A stretch of 64,000 bases of DNA from Candidatus Micrarchaeota archaeon (GCA_016212505.1 JACRGB010000028.1:9537-73536); one strand, 5' to 3'. Shown: positions 38,791 through 48,992, counted from the first letter of the stretch. Numbers and translations are program-made. The notes: generated by a model from the letters alone, not told the origin.

Positions 38791-39930
38791 TCAGGAGCCA
38801 AGCTTTTCGAGTTCCTTTTTGAATTTTACAAGCATTTCTTTCTCGTTAAATGGTGCTGATGCCAAACGGAATGCATCGGATAATTGCTTTCTTTGTGATG
38901 GAGTTTTTTCAAAATAGTAGAGTATTGATTCTGCAAGTGAGGCTGAAAGTGAATCGGTAGGTGAGTTTGGATCTAAATTTACAACCATCTTTTGGTCTAT
39001 TTTTTGAACTATTTCTTTTGCACCGTTTTCATTCGAAACCACTGTTGGGAGTCCACATGATATGGCTTCTAGGCAGCCAACCGGAAACATATCTCCGCGG
39101 CTGGGCTGAATATATAATGAAGAGGATGAAAGGGCATCGGCTATATCAGGAACATTTTGCATTATTGAAACTAAATTCCCATCATAATCAGGAACTTTTT
39201 CTATTTCTTCTTTTCCCATTCTGGTTACCAGATTAAGATGAACATCGGACTCACTTTCTCGGACTAGTTTTAGAGCTTTGAAAAGCAGATCAAGGCCTTT
39301 GTTAAACGGATCCGAAGTTGCAATAATGATTATAGATTTTGAATCAAGATTTGGTTTTATTTTTGCAAATTTTACTCTTGCTGAATCTTTTATGAACGGA
39401 TATATTATGCCAATTGGCTTATCAGCAATCTTAGCCTTAGTAGCTGAAGAAAGTGAAGGCTGCAAAAGCCGCTCAACAAGTTCCTTCCCGTATTCTCCAT
39501 AAACAAGATGACCATCGCACTCCTTTAGCAGTTCAGTAAGGACTTTTTTCTCAGATCCCTTAATGCGGCCAGAAAGCAAATGATAAATCAGGGGGCCGGA
39601 GTTCATGTTGATAATTCTGGTTTTGCCAAGAAGGCCCATCCTGCGTTTGATTGCAGGGTAATAGTAGCAGGATTCACAAATTATCCGATCAAAGTCTGAT
39701 GGGATGTTGAATGAGTTGTTAAATAAGCGGAAAATCTTCAGCGGAAGGAACTGGTTTTTTGATAGGTTTTCACTGATCCTGTAATTTGTAGCGCCTATGC
39801 AATCGCCAAAAGCCACATGGATCGGATGGCCACCAGTCAGGAGCATAAGATCTTTGGTCATTTTATCAAATCCATTTTCAATTTTTATAGGATATTTTAT
39901 TCTTAATTTAAAAGAGCAGCTTTTGCTCAA
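38791..39930 (-). CDS. GT4-family glycosyltransferase
   Basis: 379-aa ORF (an alternative start is ATG 39861, MTKDLMLLTGG). C-terminal FPVGCLEAISCGLPTV acceptor/donor loop motif. Confidence 0.75.
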   Translation of the reverse strand: MSKSCSFKLRIKYPIKIENGFDKMTKDLMLLTGGHPIHVAFGDCIGATNYRISENLSKNQFLPLKIFRLFNNSFNIPSDFDRIICESCYYYPAIKRRMGLLGKTRIINMNSGPLIYHLLSGRIKGSEKKVLTELLKECDGHLVYGEYGKELVERLLQPSLSSATKAKIADKPIGIIYPFIKDSARVKFAKIKPNLDSKSIIIIATSDPFNKGLDLLFKALKLVRESESDVHLNLVTRMGKEEIEKVPDYDGNLVSIMQNVPDIADALSSSSLYIQPSRGDMFPVGCLEAISCGLPTVVSNENGAKEIVQKIDQKMVVNLDPNSPTDSLSASLAESILYYFEKTPSQRKQLSDAFRLASAPFNEKEMLVKFKKELEKLGS

Positions 39931-40006
39931 ACAAACCGAAAAAGGTGGTTGTTAGATATTATAGGTAGTACAATAAAAAATTTTCTATGCAATAGAATAA
40001 TAGTGA

Positions 40007-40474
40007 ATGAATATGCGTTTCAGATTAACTCAAGTTAATTGGAGTAAATTAGTGGACCGTATCATATGGCAGGTAATACCTGCTTTAGTTGCACTTTTAT
40101 GTTTCCGGGGGTTCTCAAATTTTATTTTACTTTATCAGTCACCAGGTAAGGCAACACAGGAAGCCGTAAATTTCATATGGAATACCATTCTATTTACCTT
40201 TGTTGTTGGAGCACTAATTTTAGGTATGAAGTTAAATAGAAAAAAATCTAATCATAAATTAATTGAACGAACTGGATTTTTAATTATTTTATCAGGGCTG
40301 TTAATGATCATTGGATTGGCATTTCAGGGATTTTACATTTCAAACCAAGACATCAGATTATTGAGCCAGATTGGTGAGGCAGTGGCAACGATAGGGGAGT
40401 TGGCATTATTCATTGGAATAGTTTTTTTTACATTTGGATTAGCTAAAGACATGATATCACAAACTCAAAAATAA
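40007..40474 (+). CDS. hypothetical membrane protein (4 TM)
   Basis: 155-aa ORF with four hydrophobic helices. No motif recognised. Confidence 0.45.
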   Translation: MNMRFRLTQVNWSKLVDRIIWQVIPALVALLCFRGFSNFILLYQSPGKATQEAVNFIWNTILFTFVVGALILGMKLNRKKSNHKLIERTGFLIILSGLLMIIGLAFQGFYISNQDIRLLSQIGEAVATIGELALFIGIVFFTFGLAKDMISQTQK

Positions 40475-40487
40475 AGTTTAAAACCTA

Positions 40488-41483
40488 TTAGAATTCCCCT
40501 TTGGTTAACTTATCAAAGTCCAGAGTATTTTTATGAAGATAGTCCAATAATACAGGAATGGAAAATAAATCAACAAACAACATTGAAAAGCGCGTAAGCA
40601 ATGCAAAGGTGGCACTAACTGCAAATGGCACATTGAACAAAACCAGTATGGCTACAAAACCTGCCTCGCTCGCACCGGCCCCTGCAACAGTGGGTATAGG
40701 AAGGAATTGTATTATTGTGATCGCTGCCTGGAAAACCATCATAAATGCAAAATCAAGAACCACATCATTATTTGAAAAGCTTAGGCCTATTGCTCTGGAA
40801 AGGAAAAACCATTCGGTTGCCTTTAGTAGCCATGAAATTAGCGTTATGAGCAGGATTTTTCCCTTTATTTTAAGGACAGCCTCGGAGTGAAGCTGCATTT
40901 TAGAAAGAAAATCAAAAATCCTTGGCATAAATGGAATAATTCTTAGGAATGAAACCATTTTCATAAAAGGAGGGTAAAAAACCAAAAGTGCTGCAGCAAT
41001 TACTCCGATCAAAAATCCAACGAGAAGTATTATGGTGTAGAATATGTTGGTAAAGCCTGTTTTTTGGGTTATAATTAAGAAAAGGACAAACGCAGAAAAT
41101 ACTTTTATCAAAAAATCAAATATCTGGGGGCCAAAAACTGAAAGCATGGTTTTTTCAAGAGGGATATTGGCTTTTGATGAAATAGAAAATGCAGTAAAGA
41201 AATAACCTGAACGTGCAGGAGTAACATCTGATGCAAGCAGTCCTGCTAAACTAGATGGAAAAATCGTTTGCAACTTCAATTTGTGGCCAAGCTCATCAAG
41301 TACCAGCTTTATACGATAAGACATTGAGACGTTAACAAGTACGTAGGACAGGAGAGCTGTGATGATAAACTCAGGTTTAGCTTTGGCCAATACTGAAACT
41401 ATTTGGTCGATACCGATGAAATATAACAATGCTATGAAAATCAATACTGATAAGGATAATTTGACAATATAGGACCGATCCAA
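40488..41483 (-). CDS. UPF0104 / LPG-synthase-TM-like flippase-like membrane protein
   Basis: 331-aa polytopic ORF. The N-terminal layout (short basic head, TM, then SVLAKAKPEF..) is typical of the UPF0104 family. Confidence 0.6.
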   Translation of the reverse strand: MDRSYIVKLSLSVLIFIALLYFIGIDQIVSVLAKAKPEFIITALLSYVLVNVSMSYRIKLVLDELGHKLKLQTIFPSSLAGLLASDVTPARSGYFFTAFSISSKANIPLEKTMLSVFGPQIFDFLIKVFSAFVLFLIITQKTGFTNIFYTIILLVGFLIGVIAAALLVFYPPFMKMVSFLRIIPFMPRIFDFLSKMQLHSEAVLKIKGKILLITLISWLLKATEWFFLSRAIGLSFSNNDVVLDFAFMMVFQAAITIIQFLPIPTVAGAGASEAGFVAILVLFNVPFAVSATFALLTRFSMLFVDLFSIPVLLDYLHKNTLDFDKLTKGEF

Positions 41484-41545
41484 TTAGAACACCGCTATTT
41501 TAGTCGAAGGATACAATTAAATAAACTAATAATAGTAAACGAGTT

Positions 41546-43447
41546 ATGATTTTTGCACTAATCTATCTAATTTTTGTACTCTTTAGCCTTGGTTTCACGG
41601 TATGGAGCATATTGAAAGTCAAAGAAGAAGATAATGGTGCTTCTCTAATAATGTATATTGCTACTGGGCTTATTGTCTTTGTCCATGCAACTGCAATACT
41701 TGGATTTTTACATCTTTCAACCTGGTATGTTTATGTTATTTTGGCCTTGGCAATGCTCGCAATAGCCTCGAGAAAAGGCGGCCTTGCCAAATTGGAAATG
41801 CCAAAATTATCCAAAGAATGGATTATAGTCCTCATAATTTTCATCGCACATTTTGGAATTTATGCAAGTGGCGCATCGGGATACCCTTATCTTGAAGATG
41901 ATGATCCATGGGAGCATGCTGCTGCAGTAAGGTTTGTTTCGGTCTTCAGCACATATTTGCAGCCTGATCATACCCCAATCCATTATCTGGCACCGTACTC
42001 CTACTTTTATGACATTTTAATGGGAACAATGTTCCAGATTGACAGCGTTTCGATAAGCGAAATATTGAAAATTTTTAATGCGCTGCTCGTAAGTCTATCA
42101 ATACCGTTCTTCTATTGCTGGATAAAGGAAAGACTGCCACAAAGGGAAGCGTTGTGGGCTACTTTCATAATAGCAATATTGCCCTCATTTATGAGCCACT
42201 TTATCTGGTCACAGAGCCTCAGCTTCATCTTGATATTTCCTTCATTGTATTTCTTTGAGCGCTACAGAAAGGCCGAAGATGGTGGAGGATCGGGCGGAGT
42301 AAATGAAAAAAGAAACTTCATGATCCTGGCCGTTCTTTCAATCGCAACAACATTGATAACCCAGGGTTCAACTGCTGCAATGTTTTCCGGGTTAATGGTA
42401 GCATATATAGCGGCAATAGCAATAAGTGACCGGTTAAATCCTGCAGATAATTCCACAAATAATTCTGCAACTGCCTCGCCCAACAATAAAAAACTCATAT
42501 CAATGATCGCCATAATGGTTTTGGCAGTTGTTTTGGCACTAGCTGAATTCTGGATTCCAATGATTATGATTTATTCATTGGATAAAGTGCTTGAAGCATT
42601 CACATTAACTGGCGGAAACATATTAGTCGGACAATTTTCCGATACTGGTGGCGGGATAATTTATTCCCCAAATGACTTTATTACTGCGCCATTTTCATCG
42701 AAGATGGACCAGGCAACTGGTTTTGGGATAGTTGCTGCGATTTTGCTTTTGATTGGAATAATTGTTTGCATAAACGAATTGCGCAAAAAAAATAATTACG
42801 AACTTTCGCTCGCGGCACTCTTCATGTTCATCTATACCTTGGTTGGAACAATGGGTTATGCCCTTCCAGTGCACCTTGTTCCCCACCGGTTCTGGGTAGT
42901 TCTTTCCATACCAGTAGCAATACTTGGGGCAATCGGCAGCGTGTATTTGTTAAATTACATTGAAAAAAACCAGAAAGGGCTGCTGCAGCTATTTAGCGCA
43001 ATAGTTGTTTTGGGCCTATTATGGAGCTCTGCATATCCCAAGGCAGTGGTCCAGACCTCGCAATGGCCACCAGGAGTTAGCTGGCTTTCGCAGGAACAAT
43101 TGAAAGGTTACATAGGACTGAAAGCGCTGCCGCCTAATACCAAGGTGTTTAGTTTCTGTAATCCTGAAAAGTTTGCTGATGGTTTTGATAAGTTTGGCTA
43201 CTCATGGGTAAAGGAAGTAAGCGATTACAAAAAAACATCTATAACAGACAGCAGCGATGGGAATTATGTTTTCCTAAAAAAATACGGGTACGAATATGCA
43301 ACCATAGATGCAGGTTGTCTGGGCCCTGCCGAAGGATTTACCAACGAGCAGATAATAGCAAAAATTAACTCGCTAACAAAAGATAACCGGTTTAGTTTGG
43401 TTAAGGAACTTTCGAACCAGGGATTCGTAACGATGAAGATAAATTAA
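41546..43447 (+). CDS. large polytopic GT-C-like glycosyltransferase (family unresolved)
   Basis: 633-aa ORF with more than 10 TM helices, an acidic first-loop motif YPYLEDDDPWEH and a soluble C-terminal domain. No WWDYG motif. Confidence 0.45.
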   Translation: MIFALIYLIFVLFSLGFTVWSILKVKEEDNGASLIMYIATGLIVFVHATAILGFLHLSTWYVYVILALAMLAIASRKGGLAKLEMPKLSKEWIIVLIIFIAHFGIYASGASGYPYLEDDDPWEHAAAVRFVSVFSTYLQPDHTPIHYLAPYSYFYDILMGTMFQIDSVSISEILKIFNALLVSLSIPFFYCWIKERLPQREALWATFIIAILPSFMSHFIWSQSLSFILIFPSLYFFERYRKAEDGGGSGGVNEKRNFMILAVLSIATTLITQGSTAAMFSGLMVAYIAAIAISDRLNPADNSTNNSATASPNNKKLISMIAIMVLAVVLALAEFWIPMIMIYSLDKVLEAFTLTGGNILVGQFSDTGGGIIYSPNDFITAPFSSKMDQATGFGIVAAILLLIGIIVCINELRKKNNYELSLAALFMFIYTLVGTMGYALPVHLVPHRFWVVLSIPVAILGAIGSVYLLNYIEKNQKGLLQLFSAIVVLGLLWSSAYPKAVVQTSQWPPGVSWLSQEQLKGYIGLKALPPNTKVFSFCNPEKFADGFDKFGYSWVKEVSDYKKTSITDSSDGNYVFLKKYGYEYATIDAGCLGPAEGFTNEQIIAKINSLTKDNRFSLVKELSNQGFVTMKIN

Positions 43448-43453
43448 TCGCAC

Positions 43454-44425
43454 TTATGCTACGCCATTATCTATAAGATATCTGATGGTTTTTCTTATCC
43501 CATCTTCAATTTTTGTTTTTGGTGACCAACCCAACGCTTCGATTTTCTTTGTTGAAAGATGGACAATAGGCTGATCGCCTACCCAACCAACTGAGCCACC
43601 GGTATAGTGGTACTTGACATTGGTCAGGTTCATTTCCTCTACAATCATATCCGCAACTTTTGTAATTTCTATTGTGTAGTTTTGGCCTAAATTGAAAACT
43701 TGGCTGCTCTGGCCGGCGGGTTTAGCTGCACTAGCTCCGAACATCATGCCGGCAACGCAGTCTTTGATGTACATGAATGACTTTTTCTGTTTGCCATCAC
43801 CAAGTATCTCAAGATTTTTAGGGTCTTTCCTTAGCTTCCGGTAGAAATCTATTACAACCCCATGTGGATAGCGCTCGCCCACAACAGAAACAAACCTGTA
43901 GATTGATGATTGGGTGCCATAGTATTCAGAATATGCCTCTATCAAAGATTCTGCTGCAAGTTTTGATGCTCCATAAAGAGAGGTCTGGACTTTTGGGGCA
44001 TCTTCAGGAGTGGGAAAAGTTTTTTGAGTGCCATAAACTGCTGCCGAAGATGAGAAAACAAGCCCTTTTATGTCGTTTATCCTCATCGCTTCAAGTACAT
44101 TATGGGTAGCGATTACGTTTTGTTCAAGGTCTATTTGGGTGTCCTTTATTCCGCCACGTATGTCTGCATTTGCTGCAAGGTGAAAAATAAAATCCGCACC
44201 CTTGCATAAGGAAATGATTTTGTCCCTATGAAGAAGATCTTCCTTGACGAATTTGTAGTTCTTGTGTTTTTTATGTTCTTGGACAATTTTAGGCTGCCCT
44301 GTGCGCATATTATCTATTGCAATAATCTGGCTGCCTTTAGAAAGAAGCTCGTCAACAACATGAGAGGCAATAAAGCCCGCCGCTCCAGTCACCACAACTG
44401 CTTTGTTTTCGAACATCAAATTCAC
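43454..44425 (-). CDS. NAD-dependent nucleotide-sugar epimerase/dehydratase (SDR)
   Basis: 323-aa ORF with VVVTGAAGFIASH, SSAAVYG and YGASKLAAE. Confidence 0.85.
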   Translation of the reverse strand: MNLMFENKAVVVTGAAGFIASHVVDELLSKGSQIIAIDNMRTGQPKIVQEHKKHKNYKFVKEDLLHRDKIISLCKGADFIFHLAANADIRGGIKDTQIDLEQNVIATHNVLEAMRINDIKGLVFSSSAAVYGTQKTFPTPEDAPKVQTSLYGASKLAAESLIEAYSEYYGTQSSIYRFVSVVGERYPHGVVIDFYRKLRKDPKNLEILGDGKQKKSFMYIKDCVAGMMFGASAAKPAGQSSQVFNLGQNYTIEITKVADMIVEEMNLTNVKYHYTGGSVGWVGDQPIVHLSTKKIEALGWSPKTKIEDGIRKTIRYLIDNGVA

Positions 44426-44466
44426 CTGGACCTATACTTCTGCAACAGCGATTAGTTTATGTTACC

Positions 44467-45441
44467 TTATTTATCCTTGAAGACTATTCTTGAGCCTTCC
44501 ATCGGGAAATCAAACTTAACTTCCCGCATGGGAGAGAGTGCTTTTCTCACTTGTTCCTGCTTATCTTCATCAACATAGAACATGAAAAACCCGCCGCCGC
44601 CAGCACCAAGGATCTTTCCGCCGCTGGCACCAGCTTCCATTGCAGCACGATAATAGCCATCAATAAGGTCAGTTGATACACCCGATGCAAAAGTCCGTTT
44701 CATCTGCCAGGACTCATCGAGCATATGGCCAAGTGAGTCGATATCGCCATGCTCGAGTTTTGTTTTTGCATCTTCTGCCATTTTACGCAGGCTACCAAGA
44801 TAGTCGAGTTTCTGGTCAATCTTATCTTTTTGTTCCTTAAGTACACGGCCAGAACTGCGGCTTATCCCAGTATGGAAAAATAGTAATTTTTTCTTTAGCC
44901 TGGAAGAAGTTTCGGATGAGACCTTAATCGGGATGACTTCCACTGAATCGTCCTTTTTGAATTTGATTAAGTTAAATCCGCCATAAGCGGCAATATACTG
45001 GTCCTGCTTTCCTATTGGCTCTCCTAGTATATCAATTTCGATTTTGCATGCATTTTTTGCAAGGGTTTCATTATCAGGACTTTCTCCCTTAAAGCTGTAG
45101 AGCGCGTTGAGTACGCCAACAAGAAAACTGCTTGAAGAACCCAGGCCAGTCCCATGGGAAGGAAAATCTGCCTGCGCGCTAAGTTCAATTCCACCATCAA
45201 CAGCGGTAAACCGCATTGCTTCCCGTATAGTTGGATGAAGTATCTGGTCTACCGATTCAACAATTTCGGTTAGCCTATAGTTTAGCTGGATGTGACCGTC
45301 GAATTTTTGGTTTATCATGATATAGACATATTTGTCGATTGCAGTACTGAGTACACAGCCATAATCAAGTTCATAGTATTTTTTGAGGTCTGTACCGCCT
45401 CCGAAAAAGGAAACACGAAGAGGGGTCCTTGAGGCAAGCAT
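44467..45441 (-). CDS. hddA: D-glycero-alpha-D-manno-heptose-7-phosphate kinase (GHMP family)
   Basis: 324-aa ORF with RTPLRVSFFGGGTDL and the GTGLGSSSS GHMP motif. Operon context with gmhA/gmhB/hddC. Confidence 0.75.
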   Translation of the reverse strand: MLASRTPLRVSFFGGGTDLKKYYELDYGCVLSTAIDKYVYIMINQKFDGHIQLNYRLTEIVESVDQILHPTIREAMRFTAVDGGIELSAQADFPSHGTGLGSSSSFLVGVLNALYSFKGESPDNETLAKNACKIEIDILGEPIGKQDQYIAAYGGFNLIKFKKDDSVEVIPIKVSSETSSRLKKKLLFFHTGISRSSGRVLKEQKDKIDQKLDYLGSLRKMAEDAKTKLEHGDIDSLGHMLDESWQMKRTFASGVSTDLIDGYYRAAMEAGASGGKILGAGGGGFFMFYVDEDKQEQVRKALSPMREVKFDFPMEGSRIVFKDK

Positions 45442-46037
45442 CAGATTTCACCGTTGAATTTTCTTATTAAATGGATTTTGAGAAGGTGGCCAATTACCCA
45501 GTGAACGTCTTCTGCAATTTCCACATTGTTTGTGTTTGCTACTATGTTGTGTTTGGCAAGAGCCATAAGTTTGCCCCCACCCATCGCAGAAAGTGCCACA
45601 GTTGTAACGCCCATGCTCTTGGCATATTCGATCGCCCTTAAGACATTTGGTGAGTTACCGCTCGTACTTATTCCAATCACCAAATCATTTTTGTTAAGTA
45701 AGTTCTCGAGCTGTTCCTTGAAGATCGCATCATATGAGGCATCATTTGCCCAGGCAGTCATAAGGGGAATATTTTCATTGAGTGAGTGCATGCGGATCCG
45801 CTTTTGTTTTGGTTTTCCATCACTGCCGATTACAATTGTACCTTTTGAGAGGTCTGCGACAAAATGCTCGGCATTATTTGCTGAATCACCATTGCAAAAA
45901 ACATAAACGACCCCGCCCGCATCACGTGTGTGGATTATTAGCTCTGCCAGAAGGGCGATGTCCTCTTTTTTTATCGATTGCATAGCCTCATGCATCTGTT
46001 TTAGGTAATTGTCAAAATCAGGTGCTTTTGTAGTCAT
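45441..46037 (-). CDS. gmhA: phosphoheptose (sedoheptulose-7-phosphate) isomerase, SIS domain
   Basis: 198-aa ORF with GNGDSA-like (CNGDSANNAEHF) and ISTSGNSPNV SIS motifs. Confidence 0.8.
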   Translation of the reverse strand: MTTKAPDFDNYLKQMHEAMQSIKKEDIALLAELIIHTRDAGGVVYVFCNGDSANNAEHFVADLSKGTIVIGSDGKPKQKRIRMHSLNENIPLMTAWANDASYDAIFKEQLENLLNKNDLVIGISTSGNSPNVLRAIEYAKSMGVTTVALSAMGGGKLMALAKHNIVANTNNVEIAEDVHWVIGHLLKIHLIRKFNGEI

Positions 46038-46061
46038 AGAATCAATCTCATTTTGATAAAT

Positions 46062-47354
46062 TTATTTGCGAACTTTTTCCAAACGATCCATTGTCCCCAT
46101 ATCATGAATGTGCTCATTAGTCTTATATGCGAAAAGTTTTCCCCCACGGACAATAACCGATGGGAGCACTTCCTTATCTAACATAGATACACCGTCGGGA
46201 AAATATTTTAAAATGCTCGGCTCGAAGCAATAGACCCCTGCATTGGAAATATTCTCAAAAACATCACCTTTTTTGGGCTTTCCAAGGAATTTTATGATCC
46301 GGCCATCCGGAGCAAGTTCGAGGATATCCGAGTCATAAGGGTGGCTGCTTTTGTGGACTGTCAGGGTCCCTAAGCCGCATTTTTCCTTGTGATATTTTAT
46401 TAGCTTCTCAAGGTCCATTTCAAGGAGAAGATCCCCATAAACCATGGCGAACGTTTCGTTAGGATCAAGGAATTTTTCGGCTTGCTTGATCGCACCACCA
46501 GTTCCAAGAAGTTCTTTTTCAAAGCAATAGAAGATCTTTACACCAAATTTAGCCCCATCGCCAAAATAAGCCTGGATTTTTTCCCCAAGATACCCTACGC
46601 ACAGGATTATTTCGGTTATCCCATATTTTTTTAGGTGGATTATGATGTGCTCAAGGACAGGTTTTCCCCTGACGAGTATCATTGGTTTTGGGACATTTCG
46701 GGTGTGATGACCAAGCCGGGTTCCAAGCCCGCCTGCAACAATAACCGCTTTCACATTCTTCATATCGCTCATAGGTAGGCTCACCATTAATTTTGCAGCT
46801 TCAAGCAGGTTTTTGCTAACATGATCGGGTTTTGTATTAAGCTTGGATTCACTGTCGATTTGACCGGTTTTTACAAAAATCGTAGTGCAACCAAAGTTTT
46901 TACCCCCTTCAATATCGCGATCATGGTCGCCCACCATAAAGCAATTTTCTTTTGCTATACCAAAGTCTTTTGATGCAGTAATAAGCATGCCTGGTTTTGG
47001 TTTTCGGCAATCACAGATTTTCCGGTATTTTGGATCATTTGCCCCGCTATGCCCTTGCTCCGGATGATGGGGACAATAGTAAACTGCATCAACTTTTGCA
47101 CCTTCTTTTTCCAGAAGTTCAAGAAGAAGGACATTGACTTTCTTCACATCATCCTCGCTGCATAATCCACGGGCTACGACTGGCTGGTTGGTAACAATTG
47201 CCACTTTAAAGCCGTTTTGGTTAAGGAGTCTTATGCCTTCTGCAGCACCTTCAAGAAGCTGAAGCTGCCGTATATCATGAAGAAGGTTAACTTCCTTGTT
47301 TATTGTACCGTCACGGTCAAGTAACGCAAGTCGTGAGCCGGATTCATTTTTCAT
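46062..47354 (-). CDS. bifunctional D,D-heptose-1,7-bisphosphate phosphatase / heptose-1-phosphate nucleotidyl(guanylyl)transferase fusion
   Basis: 430-aa ORF. The N-terminal half has the HAD motifs LDRDGTIN, VTNQ, CPHHP...CDCRKP and VGDHDRD (GmhB). The C-terminal half has VIVAGGLGTRLG plus the nucleotidyltransferase core (HddC-like). Confidence 0.75.
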   Translation of the reverse strand: MKNESGSRLALLDRDGTINKEVNLLHDIRQLQLLEGAAEGIRLLNQNGFKVAIVTNQPVVARGLCSEDDVKKVNVLLLELLEKEGAKVDAVYYCPHHPEQGHSGANDPKYRKICDCRKPKPGMLITASKDFGIAKENCFMVGDHDRDIEGGKNFGCTTIFVKTGQIDSESKLNTKPDHVSKNLLEAAKLMVSLPMSDMKNVKAVIVAGGLGTRLGHHTRNVPKPMILVRGKPVLEHIIIHLKKYGITEIILCVGYLGEKIQAYFGDGAKFGVKIFYCFEKELLGTGGAIKQAEKFLDPNETFAMVYGDLLLEMDLEKLIKYHKEKCGLGTLTVHKSSHPYDSDILELAPDGRIIKFLGKPKKGDVFENISNAGVYCFEPSILKYFPDGVSMLDKEVLPSVIVRGGKLFAYKTNEHIHDMGTMDRLEKVRK

Positions 47355-47396
47355 TATCCATTAATAAGGAAGAAACGGATTAAAAATGGATGAAAA

Positions 47397-48065
47397 TCAC
47401 GGACTAAAACGTTCTTTAAGCAGCAAAATGCAGTCCTTAACCCCATCAATAAGCTGGACTTTGGATGTTCCGCCTCTTTTTGAGTAATTTATAGGAAATT
47501 CGGCAACCTTGAAGCCTTTTTTCACAGATTGGGCAAACATATTGCATTCCAATTCAAAAGTCTGCGAAGTTATTTCTATATTCTTATAAGCTCTTTTCCT
47601 AAAGCCCCACATGCCAGTACAGACATCGCTCACCCATTTTAGGAAAAGCGTGCTTGCACAAAGGGAAATTATCCGGTTTCCAAAGTTATTTGTAAATGAC
47701 ATTGCCCCTTCTTCCATTTTGCCCCGGAACCTAGAACCCATTACAACATCATACTCATTCAAGAGGATAATAATTTTTGGAAAATCCTCAACCGGGTAGG
47801 TAAGATCAACATCTATCATAAGGGCATAATCAGTGTCGATTTCCTTGAATGCTTTTTTTATCGCAACGGCCTTGCCTTTCTGAGTTTCCAGGATTATTTT
47901 GGCGCCCATTTTCTTGGCGATCTCTATGGTTTTGTCCTTGCTAAGGCCGTCAATAACTACGATTTCTGCATCAGGAAGCACCTTTCGAACCTGGTTGATG
48001 GTACTTTCAATTGATTCTTCTTCATTTAGGGTTGGTAAAAGTACTGAAACAGAAGCCATAACCAA
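47397..48065 (-). CDS. GT2 glycosyltransferase, dolichyl/polyprenyl-phosphate sugar synthase-like
   Basis: 222-aa soluble GT2 with VSVLLPTLNEEESI and IDVDL (DxD), and DPM1-like size. Confidence 0.8.
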   Translation of the reverse strand: MVMASVSVLLPTLNEEESIESTINQVRKVLPDAEIVVIDGLSKDKTIEIAKKMGAKIILETQKGKAVAIKKAFKEIDTDYALMIDVDLTYPVEDFPKIIILLNEYDVVMGSRFRGKMEEGAMSFTNNFGNRIISLCASTLFLKWVSDVCTGMWGFRKRAYKNIEITSQTFELECNMFAQSVKKGFKVAEFPINYSKRGGTSKVQLIDGVKDCILLLKERFSP

Positions 48066-48111
48066 TTGATTAACGGGAATCTATAATAAACCATCTTATA
48101 AGATCAGTAGT

Positions 48112-48978
48112 ATGCTTTGGTTTTGGTTAGCAGTAATAGCATCTTTCCTCTGGGCTTGCTCTAACTTAATTGGTAAATACACCTTATTTGACCTTAATAA
48201 AAAGACCATGTACCTTAGCATACTATTTGGTGCAGGGTTTGCGATTCTTGCCACATTATTTTTTCGGATTTCTTTTTCGATCATACCTGTGATTGATGGG
48301 ATATTTTGGGCTGCGGCATTTTATTTTTATACAGAAGGCCTTTTTGAAAGCGAAGTTTCCAAGGCCATAGCACTTCTTTTGACCTTGCCGATATTTGTTG
48401 CGGTAATTTCGCACCTGCTTTTGGGCGAACTTCTAGGAACAATACAGTATGCAGGAATCGTTATTGCAGTAATAGGGGCAATGCTGATTTCAGTTGACTG
48501 GCCAATTTCATTGAAAGGGATAAAATTCAAAAAAGGAGCTATGTTCATGCTGCTTTCAAGCCTCTTATTTTCCACCAGCGATGTTTTGGCTAAATTATCA
48601 CTAAGTTATGTTGATCCGGTTAGCTCAATATTTTTATCCCAGATGACTGCATTTTTCATTGGCTTAATTTTGTTATTCTTATGGAAAAAGGAAATAAAAT
48701 TAGGTTCGGGTTCAGGGAAATTGCTGGGATACGCATTACTTTGTGGCGTACTCTCTTGCGTGGCTGCGTTTCTTTATATTTTTGCATATGATGAGACTCT
48801 AGCATCCCTTGCCGCACCCATTGAAACGACGCAGCCGCTGTTTGTTTTTGTCTTGGCTACGCTAATTAGCATAGTAAAACCAGAATGGTTAAAGGAAAAC
48901 CTTAGTAAAGAGAACCTTGCTTTGAAAATAGTTGCGATGCTACTCCTTATTGCGGGTGTTTGGCTGGTTGTTGGATAA
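48112..48978 (+). CDS. EamA/DMT-family transporter
   Basis: 288-aa ORF with 10 TM helices in two EamA-like halves. Confidence 0.8.
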   Translation: MLWFWLAVIASFLWACSNLIGKYTLFDLNKKTMYLSILFGAGFAILATLFFRISFSIIPVIDGIFWAAAFYFYTEGLFESEVSKAIALLLTLPIFVAVISHLLLGELLGTIQYAGIVIAVIGAMLISVDWPISLKGIKFKKGAMFMLLSSLLFSTSDVLAKLSLSYVDPVSSIFLSQMTAFFIGLILLFLWKKEIKLGSGSGKLLGYALLCGVLSCVAAFLYIFAYDETLASLAAPIETTQPLFVFVLATLISIVKPEWLKENLSKENLALKIVAMLLLIAGVWLVVG

Positions 48979-48992
48979 TTCTTCCATGCTAA

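Noticed and set aside
41546-43447. Calling the 633-aa membrane protein the AglB oligosaccharyltransferase.
   Set aside because: No WWDYG/WWDxG motif or DK/MI motif could be found by eye. Only a GT-C-like acidic loop is present, so only a generic GT-C-like call is made.
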